A stretch of 63,234 bases of DNA, counting the filler, from Blastocystis sp. subtype 4 (taxonomy: Eukaryota), in NCBI RefSeq assembly GCF_000743755.1. It is 8 parts of 8 records of this genome, joined end to end, with 100 filler letters (N's around TTAATTAATTAA, not from the genome) between each part and the next. Parts side by side here need not be neighbours in the genome. Positions count along the whole stretch, not along the records: positions 1 to 6,823 come from NW_014569134.1; positions 6,924 to 15,057 come from NW_014569133.1; 6 more parts are not named here. One strand, written 5' to 3'. Positions 1-12,672 of this stretch are shown here, piece by piece. The position numbers and the translations under genes are program-made. How positions within the stretch are numbered: the stretch's first letter is position 1; each line of letters opens with the position of its first letter. A model generated the notes under the pieces. The model did no database searches, had not been told where the DNA came from, and saw only the letters and a list, made by a program, of their open reading frames with translations.

Positions 1-96
1 ACGTCTCTTCTGTCCAGCTTGGTCGAACCAAGTCTTCACACGACGATCCCAATCCTTCTTGAAGTGGGCATTAGGCAAAACGTTGTTATGCTTCAT
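1..96 (-). CDS. RPL13: 60S ribosomal protein L13 (eL13), 5' part, truncated by window edge
   Basis: Minus strand from ATG at 96 reads [32 protein letters not shown], the conserved eL13 N-terminus. Confidence 0.93.
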   Translation of the reverse strand, partial: MKHNNVLPNAHFKKDWDRRVKTWFDQAGQKRR

Positions 97-400
97 TTAT
101 CTAAATAGATGTAAGAATAATAATCATAACATAATATGATATCAAATCTTACAAATGAAAATCAGGTCCAGGACAAATTGCAGGAAAGCAATATGAGAGC
201 GAATACAATGGTCATGAATAAAATGAAAAACATGAGATTTCTAATAGAGATTTCTATTTTGATAATTGTACTACAGTAATGTGATCACTACAACTTGTAG
301 GAATTGTTATAGAGCTAGTTTTTTTCTTATCTAGCAGTTCTAGCATTTTTCCTAATACTATGTGTTATTTAAATAGTATACAATAGGAATGTTATCAAGT

Positions 401-473
401 GGGTAATTAGCTCAAATGGTAGAGCGATCGCTTTGCATGCGATAGGTAACGGGATCGATGCCCGTATTATCCA
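401..473 (+). tRNA. tRNA-Ala (anticodon TGC)
   Basis: Full cloverleaf: acceptor GGGTAAT/ATTATCC with G3:U70 Ala determinant, D arm GCTC/GAGC, anticodon arm ATCGC-TTTGCAT-GCGAT, T arm ACGGG-ATCGATG-CCCGT, followed by a TTTT Pol III terminator. Confidence 0.96.
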
Positions 474-630
474 TTTTATACTTTTTATTTCTTTCTTAGG
501 AATCTTCTTAAATGGACTGTATTAAAATTCTTGCTGGGTGTAAACATGGCTTTTACTATCTTTCTTTTCCCTCCAACAATGTGCGCCAAGTCTGTACTCT
601 GTCACTCTGATATCATATTTCTGTTTTATT

Positions 631-3600
631 ATGCCAATGGATGCGGCCTGTTGTGCTTCTTCGTCTTTTCCTAGTTTGATGGAAGAAGATACAAAAGGAT
701 CTTATTTGAAAAGCAATTCAAATGATTATTTGGACCGATTATGTGAGGTTCTGGAACAATGGAGGTCGTCAACAATTCATGATCGAACAGAACAGGTATT
801 CGTTGTATTAAATGAATGGGATTCTAATTTAAATGTTGATGATTATTCTGTCACTGAGTTGAATCGGTTGTGTGAGAGTGTCGATGAGATCCTTGTGTCT
901 ATTCGATCGAGTCTCAATGACATGTCTCAGAAAGAAAAGAAACCAAGCAATTCAGTGATTTTCCTCGGAATCACTTTGGTAGACAAGATGCTGGATCTTC
1001 TGACCCCTTATCAGAGTAAGCAAGTGTATCTATGATTCAGTAAGTTGATTAGTAGTGTTTTACATGAGGATCGTCTCCTCCTTATTCTACGATTCCTTCA
1101 CGATGTTCAGCATACTATTCCAAAGAGAAAGAAGCAGAATGAACTCCTTCAACATTTGGTCCAATCATTCACTCTTTGTGGAGAATCCATTTGTTTCAGT
1201 ATGCCAATTGTGGCCGCAGCACTTGAGCTGGAACCATCGCTACCGACACTTCCTCTCTTTGCTGTAGGTATTATTGAAAGAGTTTCATGTAGTCTCTCTT
1301 TTGCTCATCACCTGATTGCCAGCAACTCTTTGTCTCTATGCTTTACGAGCAAGTGAAGTCAAATCCAATACTCCTTCGCAAGGATGATTGGAATATCAAT
1401 GCTTCCTTTTTCACTCTCTTTGTGGTGACAGCTCTTCAAGAGTCTTGTTTACATGATCAGCCAATTCGCCAAGGTCTGCTTTTCTATCAGCAAATCTTGG
1501 AACACATCATTTCTCAAATTGACAAGCAATCCGATTGCTCATCTTTCCTTGTTCTTCATTACAATGAGTTATTGAGTTTACTTACCCATCCTCTAACACC
1601 CATTACTCATTCATTGCTCAGTATCATCAATTCTCTTTTGGTTCGCTATCTCTCCTCATCCCCTACTCTCATTCGAGCGGTCCTAGTAATGTGGCCAGCA
1701 TTTGTCATTTCTCTCACCACTCTCCATAGGAATTGTGAGAATGTGACTCCAGGCATAACCCTTGGAGATGCTAATCAGATTGATTCGATTGTCAATTCAT
1801 GGAAGATCACTACTATGAAGGCTACAAGTGTGAAGGCTACTACTGGAAAGAATGATGAGCAGTCTTCCAGTATTCAACAATTGATTCTCAACTCAACATC
1901 ACTCGCTTGTTATCACTCCAATGCAAGCACTGCAAGAGCATGGAAAATGACTCGAGCAACTCTCTTATCTCAATGGAAATTACTAAACCAATCTTCTTCA
2001 AGTAAACGAGTGAAGACTCGAGAAGGAGTAGATCCAGTACCTCCAGTGGATACAATTCTTCATTCCCTCATTTGTCCTAATGGAGGCTATTCATGGTGTT
2101 ATCAGTATTATATTAGTAATGGTCCTCTGATTGGCTCAGTTGGTCAGATTGTTACCCAGTTGCTTTCACTTGCTGAGTCTTCATCAATTCGACAACGAGC
2201 TTCTGTACTAACTGCACTCCAAAAAATCATTCAAGTCTCACCTGCTATGCTTATTCAACCTCCTTTCTTAAGAATGCTCACAAATACTCTCTCCTCTCAC
2301 CAAGCCATTATTGTGGAACGAGTGATTGCTCTCTTAGCTACGGTTCCAGCCATTGTAGTCTCTCAACCGTTGCTGGTACGAACAGCTGTAGCTGTTGGGC
2401 TGAAACAAACCAGTCGTTCTGTACGTGTCCAGACAATGCAGTTTGTGGCGAATTGTGAGCAAGCTATTCTCAACAAACCCATCGATTCTTCTTCAGCTTC
2501 TCTTCTGAAACATCTCGCTCAACAGTCGTTGAAGCATATGGTGATCGAAACAGATGTTGCAGTCATTCCTTCTTGTCGTCAAGCCTTGCTTCTTCCTTGG
2601 ACAGACTCTCATGCTCATCTACCTACTCTCCAACATTTAGTTGAAGTAGTAGATGAGTGTCAAGACTCTCTTCTCCCATCTGATATCAGTCTTCGACCAA
2701 CCCTAATTTCAACTCTCTCCCTTCCTGAAGTTTACCCAGTTCTTCTGAGTCTCTATCAGTCCACAATGACTCGTCTTCAGGAAGCTCCGTCTAAGGAAGA
2801 TCTGCATCTTCTCTTGACTCTTCTCGATATTCCTCAAATTCCCATTGAAATGAGTGATGAACTTGTATTGAACCTATTGCACAACACAAAAGGGACTCAA
2901 CTGCTTCTGTCTCTTCAGCTCACTGCAAGAATCCTAGAGAAAACACCTCGCAAAGTGGAATTTGAGAATGAATTGAAGTCTCTGTTGGCAAGAGTGGATA
3001 CAGTGGAAGGAATTCAGAGAGTCGTTCATTGTCTGATGGTATTTGCACAGATCCACAACTCTATGGAATCACTACATGAACCTCTCAAAGAATGTCTTCT
3101 TGTAATACAGAATGTTCCAGAAGATACAGCAGATACAAATCGAACTATGTTACGTTCAATAGTCATCATTGGTCATGTATATCAAGAGTTAACACGATCA
3201 CTATACAACTCCCTGTTTGAAGAAGAGTTGTTTCATATTCGATCAGTCTCCTGTATATTAGAAACGATCTTTCTTAACACCACAATTCCACTTTTGATCC
3301 GTTTATATGCTTTCGAATCTTGTTGTCGTTGTCTCCTTCACTCTCCAACAGGGATTTCACTGAATGTTTTGAATTGTGCTACAGAAGTAGGACTTATTTA
3401 AACATGAAACCTAGATGATTCAAAAGGGACCATTAGAAGCTCGGGAATATGTTATTAAAACACTCTTACTGATCCTACAAACACTTCCTTCAGTATTGAA
3501 GGAAAAAGAGATTCTTCCAGATCAGAAAACTGTCAACACAGTGATGAATGAAGAATGGGATTCATATGAGGTCTATGATTGGCTTCCCAGTCTTGTTCGT

Positions 3601-4337
3601 AATGTAACTCCCAGTATGAATGCATGTTGCTATGATCCTCGTGTCTCCACTCAATCTCTAGCTATTGCATTTCTGTATCATGCTCATCTCCAAGGGATCT
3701 TATATGCAACTGATTGTATTGAAGCTGGGATTCATCTCCTTCCATCTAAAACCCGTGTAGTCCACAAATTAGCAGAAAGAATCGTAACAGACATCCTTCA
3801 TCAATGTGCTTCTGTTGTCCTCACACGAATAGCTTCAGCCGTTGTGAAAGAAGCCTCGGCTGAATCGATACAAGCACTACAGCTTCCTTTCAACGTCTTG
3901 CTCTCTCTCAATGACCGCCTTGCTGCCAAGTATCTCTTATATGTGATCACTCTCGCCTTTGGGGATCGGATTGATCTCAAAGGAGATTTGTTGAAGTTAA
4001 TCTCGATTGCACAATTAGCCAGTGTATCGTCGTGTCCAGAGATTCGAAAGGAAACTCAGAAACTCCTTCCAGATGCCTTTAATCGAGCCGATTTGTGTCA
4101 TATCCTTATACCTTGATATCAATATTTCTTAACGAGAAGTGAATGATGATACTGCAGATGAGAATGAACGTCTGTTTGCTGTTGGGAAGGTAATTCTGTT
4201 ACAGAGTTTGAGTTCGGACCAACCCTTCCATATCCCTGAATGTGTGTTATCCCGTGATTACAATACTATGGTCTCACTAATAACAGAAAATGCTCGAAAT
4301 GAGGCTTCTGGGAAACGGTCGAAAGAAAAGAAACGAT
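631..4337 (+). CDS. Divergent HEAT-repeat protein, probable cohesin loader NIPBL/Scc2 (multi-exon)
   Basis: ORFs 631-1035, 1045-1356, 1338-3401, 3415-4116 and 4139-4351 join through short introns. SLAESSSIRQRASVLTALQKIIQVSPAML resembles the Scc2 cohesin HEAT repeat, and AHLQGILYATDCIEAGIHL resembles Nipped-B_C. End placed at the predicted poly(A)-completed stop; genomic TAA at 4349-4351 is the alternative. Confidence 0.6.
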
Positions 4338-4365
4338 CTCCTGTGTGTTAAACAAACACGATCAG

Positions 4366-5501
4366 CTATACACAACAGTCACTCTGTTCATCTCCAGATA
4401 CACATAACGACAAGTCTTTTCCTTCTTCCAGGATTGAGCGGACATTCTTAATATCATATACCATAGTTGTCAAGTAGAACATGGTACAGACAACACTGAT
4501 AAACTACTCAATTACTCCCCATCCATATCAAATACTTCTCCTACTCCCCTGAAAAAATGGAGAACAGGACAATGATAATACTGCCTTAATCGAACAGCTA
4601 TTCCATTATACACTCCTTTCAAAAGTACTAGTTCGATGTGCCATATCTGGGAATTGATTCTCAAAACAAAAGTCTTCCGGATATTGTTCTAAACAACTCG
4701 ACATTGGGAGATTAAATGCTTTTAATAAAAATCTGCATACATTCCTACAATGACAAACAACATAAGAACCCAGCACTGCGAAATTTACCATTCCAAAAAT
4801 TGAAAGCAGAAGTAACCACATCTTAAACAGTAAGTATTTGTGTTCTGTATGCTCTACCCTTAATCCAATCATTATCTTATACTTCCTTTATAAACGGTTA
4901 GTCTTACTGTAATCATCTGAATAAGTTCCATAGCATTCGTAAAGAAAACCCATGTGAAGGAAAAGACAGTGTGTTGATCGGGATAATTATCCATATCACA
5001 GAAAGCAACTCCAATAACACTGAATGCACTGTAGTAGAAGAGTAACAGCTGAATAACCTCCCAGAAAGAAAAGAAGTATCTGTAACACTTGTTTTCAAAG
5101 GAAAAGCTGTATCGAATCATAGTTTTGAAGTAGTTTGTTGCAAAAACCAATGTAGGAATAAAGCCAATAGAACAACCCACAAAAAAGACGACCTTCACAA
5201 TATTGCTTCGAATTACTTCAGAAACATAGGGATAGAGGTTTCCTCCCTGGGGCCTAGGAATTATCAATTCAATCAATGCGAACATGTTGAGGATTGGAGA
5301 CAAAAGACCACAAATAATACCTCCTAACGAACAGCCGTAGGCATATACATAAGCACCGTTCCACCTTAACCACTCCACAAATGGATGCGGCTTTGACACC
5401 CATTTAACCTTCTTTTCCTTCTGTATCTGCTTATTCGGAAAATCAAGGTGAGTGTTCTTCTTCGCGAGCCGCACTTTGAAGAAATCAGTAGGGACAGTCA
5501 T
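4366..5501 (-). CDS. Multi-pass membrane protein, Frag1/DRAM/Sfk1-like (multi-exon)
   Basis: Several hydrophobic helices, YPYVSE and DQHTVFSFTW segments; last exon ends EQSDCCV* (TAG 4366-4368), followed by TGTTTGTT. Confidence 0.55.
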
Positions 5502-5767
5502 TTATCAAGAGAAGTGTCTTGGAAATGCAGGCAAACGAGTCCCAGCAAAACAGCACCACTTCAAATGGCGAAAAATATCAGTACGAAGGGTGGCCACTCA
5601 ACGAACTTCGCTCAGTTCTTGACCAATGGGATTCGGTTTCAAGTATCTTTGATCTGGATCGTGTGGCAACTGTGTTTATATTGATTCTAGAATAGTGACA
5701 CCACTTGACACCAATATGCTAAAGAGGGAAATATACCCTAACAAACATCCATCACACACTTCACGAA

Positions 5768-6823
5768 TTAATTCACAGTCTGACCAATAGCATACACCTG
5801 GAAACCAATTTCCTTGAGTTTGTGATGATCAAGAATGTTACGACCATCAAATACAAAAGCAGGTTTTTGCATCTGATCATAGATACGTTGATAATCCAGA
5901 GTCTTGAACATGTCCCACTCGGTCATCACCAAGATGGCATGAGCTCCCTTTGTAGCTTCATACGGATCTTTCACCATAATCAAATCCTTCTTCAGATTAG
6001 GCATTGTTTCCTCCGTCACACCACAGGTATACTCCAATTCCATAAACATCGAAGTTTCGGAAGTCTTGGGGTCGAAAACCGTAATATGCGCCAACTCCGT
6101 AAGCAGAATCTTGCTTACATAAGCAGCAGCAGTCTCGCGGGTGTCTCCAGTATCCTTCTTAAAGGCATATCCGAACATCGCCAGATGCTTTCCAGCAACA
6201 GTATCAAACATGTCCTTGATCACACGACGAGCAAAACGCTCCTTCTGATAATCATTCATTCGAACCACCTGACGCCAGTACTCAGCCACTTCTGTCAGAC
6301 CATAGCTCTCGCTCAGATACACCAGGTCCAAAATATCCTTCTGGAAGCAGGAACCACCAAATCCCACAGAAGCCTGCAGGAATCGGCTTCCGAGACGAGG
6401 ATCAGCTCCAATAGCTCTCGACACCTCCAACACGTTGGCTCCGACCTTCTCACAGACAGCAGAGATAGAGTTGATGGAAGAGATTCGCTGGGCCAGGAAG
6501 GAGTTGGCAGTGAGCTTAGCCAACTCAGACGACCATGTGTTCATGGTGATAATGTGTTCAGGAGCAACCCAGTGAGCATACACATTCACCAGAGCCTGCA
6601 CAGCGGCCTGACCCTCTTCTGTCTCCTCACCACCAATCAACACACGAGCAGGGAAGAGAAGATCGTTGATAGCAGTTCCCTCAGCCAGGAACTCAGGGTT
6701 GTTGACAACCTGGAGGTTGAACTCCTTGTTGTTCTCGGCAAATATGCGACGAAGTGTCGCAGCAGTACGAACAGGAACAGTAGACTTCTCAACCTATGTC
6801 TCAGATCCAGACAGAAGAGTTAC
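5768..6823 (-). CDS. UGDH: UDP-glucose 6-dehydrogenase (3' part; 5' end lost in gap)
   Basis: [42 protein letters not shown] catalytic motif, [15 protein letters not shown]. Confidence 0.96.
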
Positions 6824-6923
6824 NNNNNNNNNNNNNNNNNNNNNNNNNNNNNNNNNNNNNNNNNNNNTTAATTAATTAANNNNNNNNNNNNNNNNNNNNN
6901 NNNNNNNNNNNNNNNNNNNNNNN
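6824..6923. other. Artificial contig linker (N44-TTAATTAATTAA-N44)
   Basis: Identical 100-nt spacer with stops in all six frames also at 15058-15157, 21956-22055, 28835-28934, 36493-36592, 43303-43402 and 50095-50194. Confidence 0.97.
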
Positions 6924-7490
6924 GCTCAGCATCCGTGCTGCTGCTATTGCTGCTGAGAAGGCCAAGAAGAATTAGATGTGAACGAATTCTGGGTTCTGTC
7001 GTCATGAGTGGATTGTTTGTTGTGTTACGATGAACGATGTTATTCATATTGGCTTCTTAATAGAACCGCAGTGAAATGTCGTATTTCGATTGTAATCACA
7101 AACATGCCACTAAATGAACTTTTTCCCAACCTGCGCCAACTTCTTATATTCCTTTGTTATCTACATTTTATTCTTAATTATATACTACTTCTGATATAGT
7201 GGAATTAATCGTTCGAATCCCTTCCTCAAGCATCATTCGTTCTTCTCCTGTTAATTCCTTTCCTTTCTTCCACTCGTTTATCAGCTTCCCAATCCGTTCA
7301 ATTTGACTCTACAATCACAGTTTGTCTCCAACCTGACTTCATTTCGTTTTAAAAGTACCTCAGAACGTGATAGATAACGATTCCATGGTTCTGGGAGCGT
7401 TTTAATTCGTTCCATTAACAAACACAACCAATTCTGGGAGACCCCACTGATTATGCTACAGGCTACACAAATTGTACAGAAATCGAAAAA

Positions 7491-10400
7491 TCAAATGGCC
7501 CGATCCAAACCCAACAACGACTCAATACGTTGAGCATGATCCAACTTCGACGTTGTTACGAGGTTCCAAAGATCGTACGACCTATCATTCTCAACCTCAT
7601 TGTCACCGGCAGGCGCCAACGGAACAATACGAGGTCGATCATCTTTCTCTTCCTCCAATTCAACGGCTTCCAGCATGCTTTCAATCACATACCGCAAGCC
7701 ACGAGCACTCTCGGCAGTATCTCCATGAATTCGCACTAATCCCCGTGGTTCATCGATTGTCACCTTTCCCCCATATTCCCGTTCCCACTGCTTAAGGAGA
7801 TCACGATACGTTGCTAAGAATACAGTCAACACTTCAGCTGGCGGGCGCAATACCGCATTCAGCTCCTGCGTCTCCTTTAACCCCTGCTCTACAGCCTCGC
7901 ATGCACTCTTCACAGCTAGTGGATTCCCTGAAACCAGAACTGCGTTGTTTGTACACACTTCCACAGAAGCACCACACTCAGCTGATATCTGGTGAATTCG
8001 ACGACCTTTGGTACCAATTACATAGGCCAACAATGCAGTATCCACAGGAATCAACACATACCGAGCAGCTAAGTTCGCAACAGCAGTTTGCGTGGCCTGA
8101 AGTGCCTTTCTGACAGCCTCAGCAGTTCCTGTGACATACACCGACTTCTCTCCAGGCTCAGGAGTGATCGTTGCACCCTCACACGCTACAGTGAGATGAC
8201 AGCGATTACTAGCAAGAGCATGAGCTGCTCCATCCGTCAAAGGTACCTCACCAAACAGAGATGGCTCCTGGGTCGCCAAAGCATGAAACAACTCCGCATG
8301 CGTTGCATGTACTCCCATGTATTCGCCTCGAATCTCGACGTTTCCGCGGGAATCAGTAGAAATACAACATTGATGAGCTAATGACAATCGTTCGAGATGG
8401 AAGGAAGGGGAGTTAAGCAAGGCTGTGAGTACCGCAGGGGAGTATGTATAGGTGTAGGAATATCGACCTTCAATGAAAGATTGGAACAAACCATCTGCAA
8501 TGCGGAGATTCGGCCGAGTACCCGAAATCCGTACAATTCGCGTCTTGTCATTGGCATTGGGAGAGGGCAACACGACTGTAGCATGAGATACCCGTTGAAT
8601 CTCAGTGATGGGTCGACAGTGATCCACCAGAAGAGAACTCAGCTCCCCTGCAGAGATAAGATGCTCTGATCGGACGACTTCATACGTCTCGATCAGGTTT
8701 CGGATTTCGGCAATCACAGCAGAAGCCGCAGTTTTTGATCCCCAAATTCCCAAATCGCCCTTTTCACGATCCAATCGTAGAATCACATCATGATAGGATT
8801 GCAATTGCTGAATTCGTTGTCCCTGATGCCCCAAAATCACACCACACTGAGTAGCTGCCACAGGAATATGAGTAAGTTCATATCCAGAGGTTCGCGTAAC
8901 AAATGGCTGGAAGAACTCTCGGAATGCACTCAATTCAGACTTATCTCCTTCTACACGAATCTGGTTTTGATTGAGAATCACAGTAAAAATGAGATGTGGA
9001 TACAGAGATCGATAATGGTTAATTGAAGCTCGTGATAATTCAGGGCAAAACGAAAAGTGATTAGCTGTAAACATGTACTGAGTGTGAGTCGATTGATAAT
9101 CAACGATGCGTTGATGGATCACTGAACATGCATGTTGGACATCAGATTGAACACCCATCACACTTATACGTCCAATCATATCCTGAACAATTCTCACATG
9201 TAACTCCTTCTCCAATTGACGAACAATGGTTCCCTTATTCCCGATAATGATTCGGCCCAAAATATCCTTATCACATTCCACAGGTACCACACTATTGGCT
9301 TCAAGCCACATCTGGATCTTTGCAGAGGCTGCTTCGACTTGAGACCTGACTCCTTCAACCACGATCTGATTCTCTTCCACACGCACACTCACATGGAATT
9401 CACGTCGGTATTGACTCACATTCTTCCCTCCTGCCCCCATGAACCGACCTCGTTGCTGTGGAGCCAGAGGGAAGGTAACCGAAGTGAGAGATGAGAGAAG
9501 TTCAGTCAACTGAGAACATGCCTTGTTCACATTCTCTTCCGTACCCCGAACCATAGCAATCAACTGTTCTTTATCAATCGTGATGCGAGTATGAGTGGTC
9601 TGTTGAACACGCTGTAACTCCTTCGCTTGATCATTCAGTAAGAGAGGAAGCCCTAATTCAGGGAGTTTCATAGACCGATTCTCACGCTCATACTGCTTAA
9701 GTTTCGCTTCAATATAGTGTTTGGCAATCTCAAGTTCCTCTGGACTTCCTGTGAGTTTCACCGAAGGATCTTCTGATTTTGAACTGAATTGGCAGGTACA
9801 GTGGGATACACGTTGTAACTCCCTGGCTGTAACACCCTTATCACCAATCAAATAACCCACAACTTGAGAATCGGAAAGAGGAAGCGGTAAAGTACGATCT
9901 GCTAATTGATCAATGGTCTTCATAATAAGAGTCTATGTGAGAGATGAATTGTATCATTACCTTCGCCATCTGACGCTGTCGTTCCTCTCCATAAACAGAG
10001 AGTGTCCCTGAAAAATAGTCCAGATATAGATAGGCATCACACTGTTGAGTGAGAGAGTTATAACGCTCGTGATTGTTAGCTAGAAGTCGTGTCAGTACCG
10101 AAGGAGGAAAAGTGAAAGTGAGAGGATCTAGACTAAAAAACTGAGAAGAGAGATACTGGAGAGAATTGAAGTGTATTTGGCTTTCAGGAGTTGAAGAGAA
10201 GAAGCTCCTCCTTCTACAGAAATACGTTGAAGAGATTTATTGATGTGAATGATGCACTGTGACATCTCTTCTAAACGATGACACAAAGTACCTTGATTGG
10301 CAAGAAGGACTGCCTAAGAGTGATTACTCAGACAACGGATCATACCACTTGTGTTGAATCGAATGAAAGAGAGATGGATGTCCATGTGAGGAAATCACTA

Positions 10401-11159
10401 ATACGAGTTCTTGCTTGCTGAGGAGACTCACCAAAACCAAAAATGACACAAGCTTGAGTGGAACGTGAGTATGTGAGATGGACATGCAAAGCCTCTTCAA
10501 CCATATGAAGCTAGATGAAATGATAATCGAATCACTCACCTGGCGAGAATGCTTCCTTTGAAGATTCGTAAAACATTCCTCCTTCATCTTCAATACCTCC
10601 TTATGGACTTCATCGGGAGTAACGGTTTCTCCACGACGTCGAGCATCAATAATGACAGTTGAAACATGAATAGCATTATCCAGCTCGTTGATCTCACGAC
10701 GAATCTGGTTTAGACGAATGAAAGATTCCTTCTTCTCCTACCCATCAGTCCAAACGACAAATGAGACTTCTCGCAGTTGACGGACTTCCTCTTGTCGCGT
10801 TATCTGCTGCTTGATGGCCGCAAGTTCCTTTCGCAAGGCTTCCAGCTGTTTTTCGATCTAGAACTCATTATAATGCCTCAGTCCCAATACCTCCCGTGTT
10901 TGCTGAACAGAATATGACGAAACAACAAGATCGTTCTCAAGATCCTCGATTTTACGCGAAACGATTTCCGGTGAATCACGTTTCACAGAATCGGTCTTTT
11001 CAAGGATCTTTTGAATCCTCTCAGTAAGAACGACGATTGCTCCCTAGATATCATCAACAGAATGAACTCTCATACAATCAGATCTGTTCTCGACTGTTCC
11101 AAAGTAGATAACCTCTCTCTTAGGTACTTCACAGTACTCTCATCAATGATACACGACAT
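7491..11159 (-). CDS. Multi-KH-domain RNA-binding protein (vigilin/Scp160-like) with N-terminal coiled coil
   Basis: Repeated KH GxxG motifs (LIGDKG, FMGAGG, IIGNKG, ILGHQG, VIGTKG) in ORF 7491-9923. Upstream exons from ATG 11159 (MSCIIDESTVKYLRERLSTLEQ...) are heptad-rich; linking them to the KH exon is inferred. Confidence 0.75.
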
Positions 11160-11302
11160 GAATAATCCAAGTCACTATCACGTCGATAAGGAGAAAGTAG
11201 GTTAAGACACTCTTGGGAAAGAACAATAAGAAACGCGTGACGTCACAATTGTCGAATTCCCGTTTTTGATATTGGTTATGAAAAGCAAGAAAAGATATAT
11301 AA

Positions 11303-11808
11303 ATGAGTGAAAAGTTCTCAAACGAACAGGTACACTCTGAGTTCCCAATAGGATGTAGATGGAATTGTTCCGTCAAGTCTTTAACTACCTCGATAAAACA
11401 CGGTGTGGAATTATCTATCCGGAGTATTTTAGTGAATTATTAAGAATTTCTGGGTTCAATCCAACGCAAGCTGAAATTAAGAAACTACAAGACAAATACA
11501 GTCAACAACGAGGATTGACTTTTGATGACTTTATTCTATTGATTTCAAATATGGATTGTGTTGGTACGTACTGTTCGTTTATCTTGAGATTAGTCACTGA
11601 AGAAGATATTCGCAAATCGTTCAAGATATTTGATAAATTCAATGATGGAAAGATAAGAATCGACCTATTACGAAGTGTTTTATCTAAAGTGGGTGAGCCA
11701 CTATCCGAAAAGGAGTTGGATAATTTCCTTACAATGATGAACCTTAAGGATAAAGATTATATTGAATATGATGAGCTCTGTTCAGCGATTGCGAGTTATG
11801 ACATGTGA
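11303..11808 (+). CDS. Calmodulin-like EF-hand protein
   Basis: MSEKFSNEQ|MELFRQVFNYLDK...GFNPTQAEI...EEDIRKSFKIFDKFNDGKI...GEPLSEKE; two ~30-nt introns. Confidence 0.85.
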
Positions 11809-11842
11809 CCTAGTTGGAAGTGGTTTCTTACCAACAAACAGT

Positions 11843-12386
11843 TTAAAACATTTTCTTAAAAGCCTTTTTCACATTCTTCAGATGATCACTTAGAGAATCA
11901 CTTGAAGAAGACGAAGAAGAAGATGATGATGAAGACGATGATTTGTTTCCTTTGTGTGTCTTTTTGGCCTTAATCTTCTACCTATAACTTCTAATCATCA
12001 TACTCTACTCCACCACAAGGACACACAGCCTTCTTTGTACCAGCTGGAAGTGTTGAAACACGGCCACATTTCTTACATTTTGCAGTTATTGACTAGAAGT
12101 GAGTAAACTCATCTGTATGAACGCCAGGATATCCAGGCTGAGGACTATACCCGGGACCAGGGGGGCAACCAGGACGAGGAGCATAGCCAGGCGGAACATA
12201 TCCACCAGGAGGTTGGTAACCTTGCGGAGAAGGATACCCAGGTGGAGGATACTGACCAGGTGGAGGATATGAACCAGGTGGTGGATACTGACCAGGCGGA
12301 GCATATTGACCCGAAGGAGGATATTGACCTGGAGCACAGTATTGGTTAGGAGGTACGTAACCAGGCTGAGGTATATTTGGATACAT
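11843..12386 (-). CDS. Pro/Gly/Tyr/Gln-repeat protein with CxxC...CxC zinc-ribbon-like motif and Ser-rich tail
   Basis: (PGQYPP)n exon, spliced to SITAKCKKCGRVSTLPAGTKKAVCPCGG, then KIKAKK...SSSS...KKAFKKMF*; TGTTTGTT follows. Confidence 0.65.
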
Positions 12387-12510
12387 TAGATAAGAGTATG
12401 GAGTTTACTATCTAATCATTCTTGACAGAAATCAGCGATATTTTGTAAAAGAAGATACTATCTAGATTTGTGTCAAAAAACATAAAAGAAGTATTAATAT
12501 CAAAATTCAC

Positions 12511-12672
12511 TTATCGACGCGGTGGAGGAGGATGACCAGGACCTCCCATTGGTGGAGGAGGATGTCCTTTCATGGGCGGAGGAGGGTGATGAGGTCCTCC
12601 CATTGGTGGGGGAGGATGACCAGGACCGCCAGGATGATGACCAGGGCCGCCAGGAGGATGTGGTGGAGGCAT
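12511..12672 (-). CDS. 53-aa Pro/Gly/His-rich microprotein
   Basis: Open frame MPPPHPPGGPGHHPGGPGHPPPPMGGPHHPPPPMKGHPPPPMGGPGHPPPPRR*; below the ORF track length cutoff. Confidence 0.6.
   Translation of the reverse strand: MPPPHPPGGPGHHPGGPGHPPPPMGGPHHPPPPMKGHPPPPMGGPGHPPPPRR

Noticed and set aside
5822..6871. 349-aa + strand ORF
   Set aside because: Antisense shadow of UGDH
6824..6923. TTAATTAATTAA repeated seven times inside N runs
   Set aside because: Identical 100-nt artificial linker with six-frame stops; not a biological repeat or CRISPR. Adjacency across linkers is not evidence of clustering
6924..6975. Gene tail LSIRAAAIAAEKAKKN*
   Set aside because: Too short to assign; could be a ribosomal protein C-terminus but unsupported
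7095..7420. Possible small spliced gene on - strand
   Set aside because: Exon-like pieces exist but I could not build a consistent start-to-stop model
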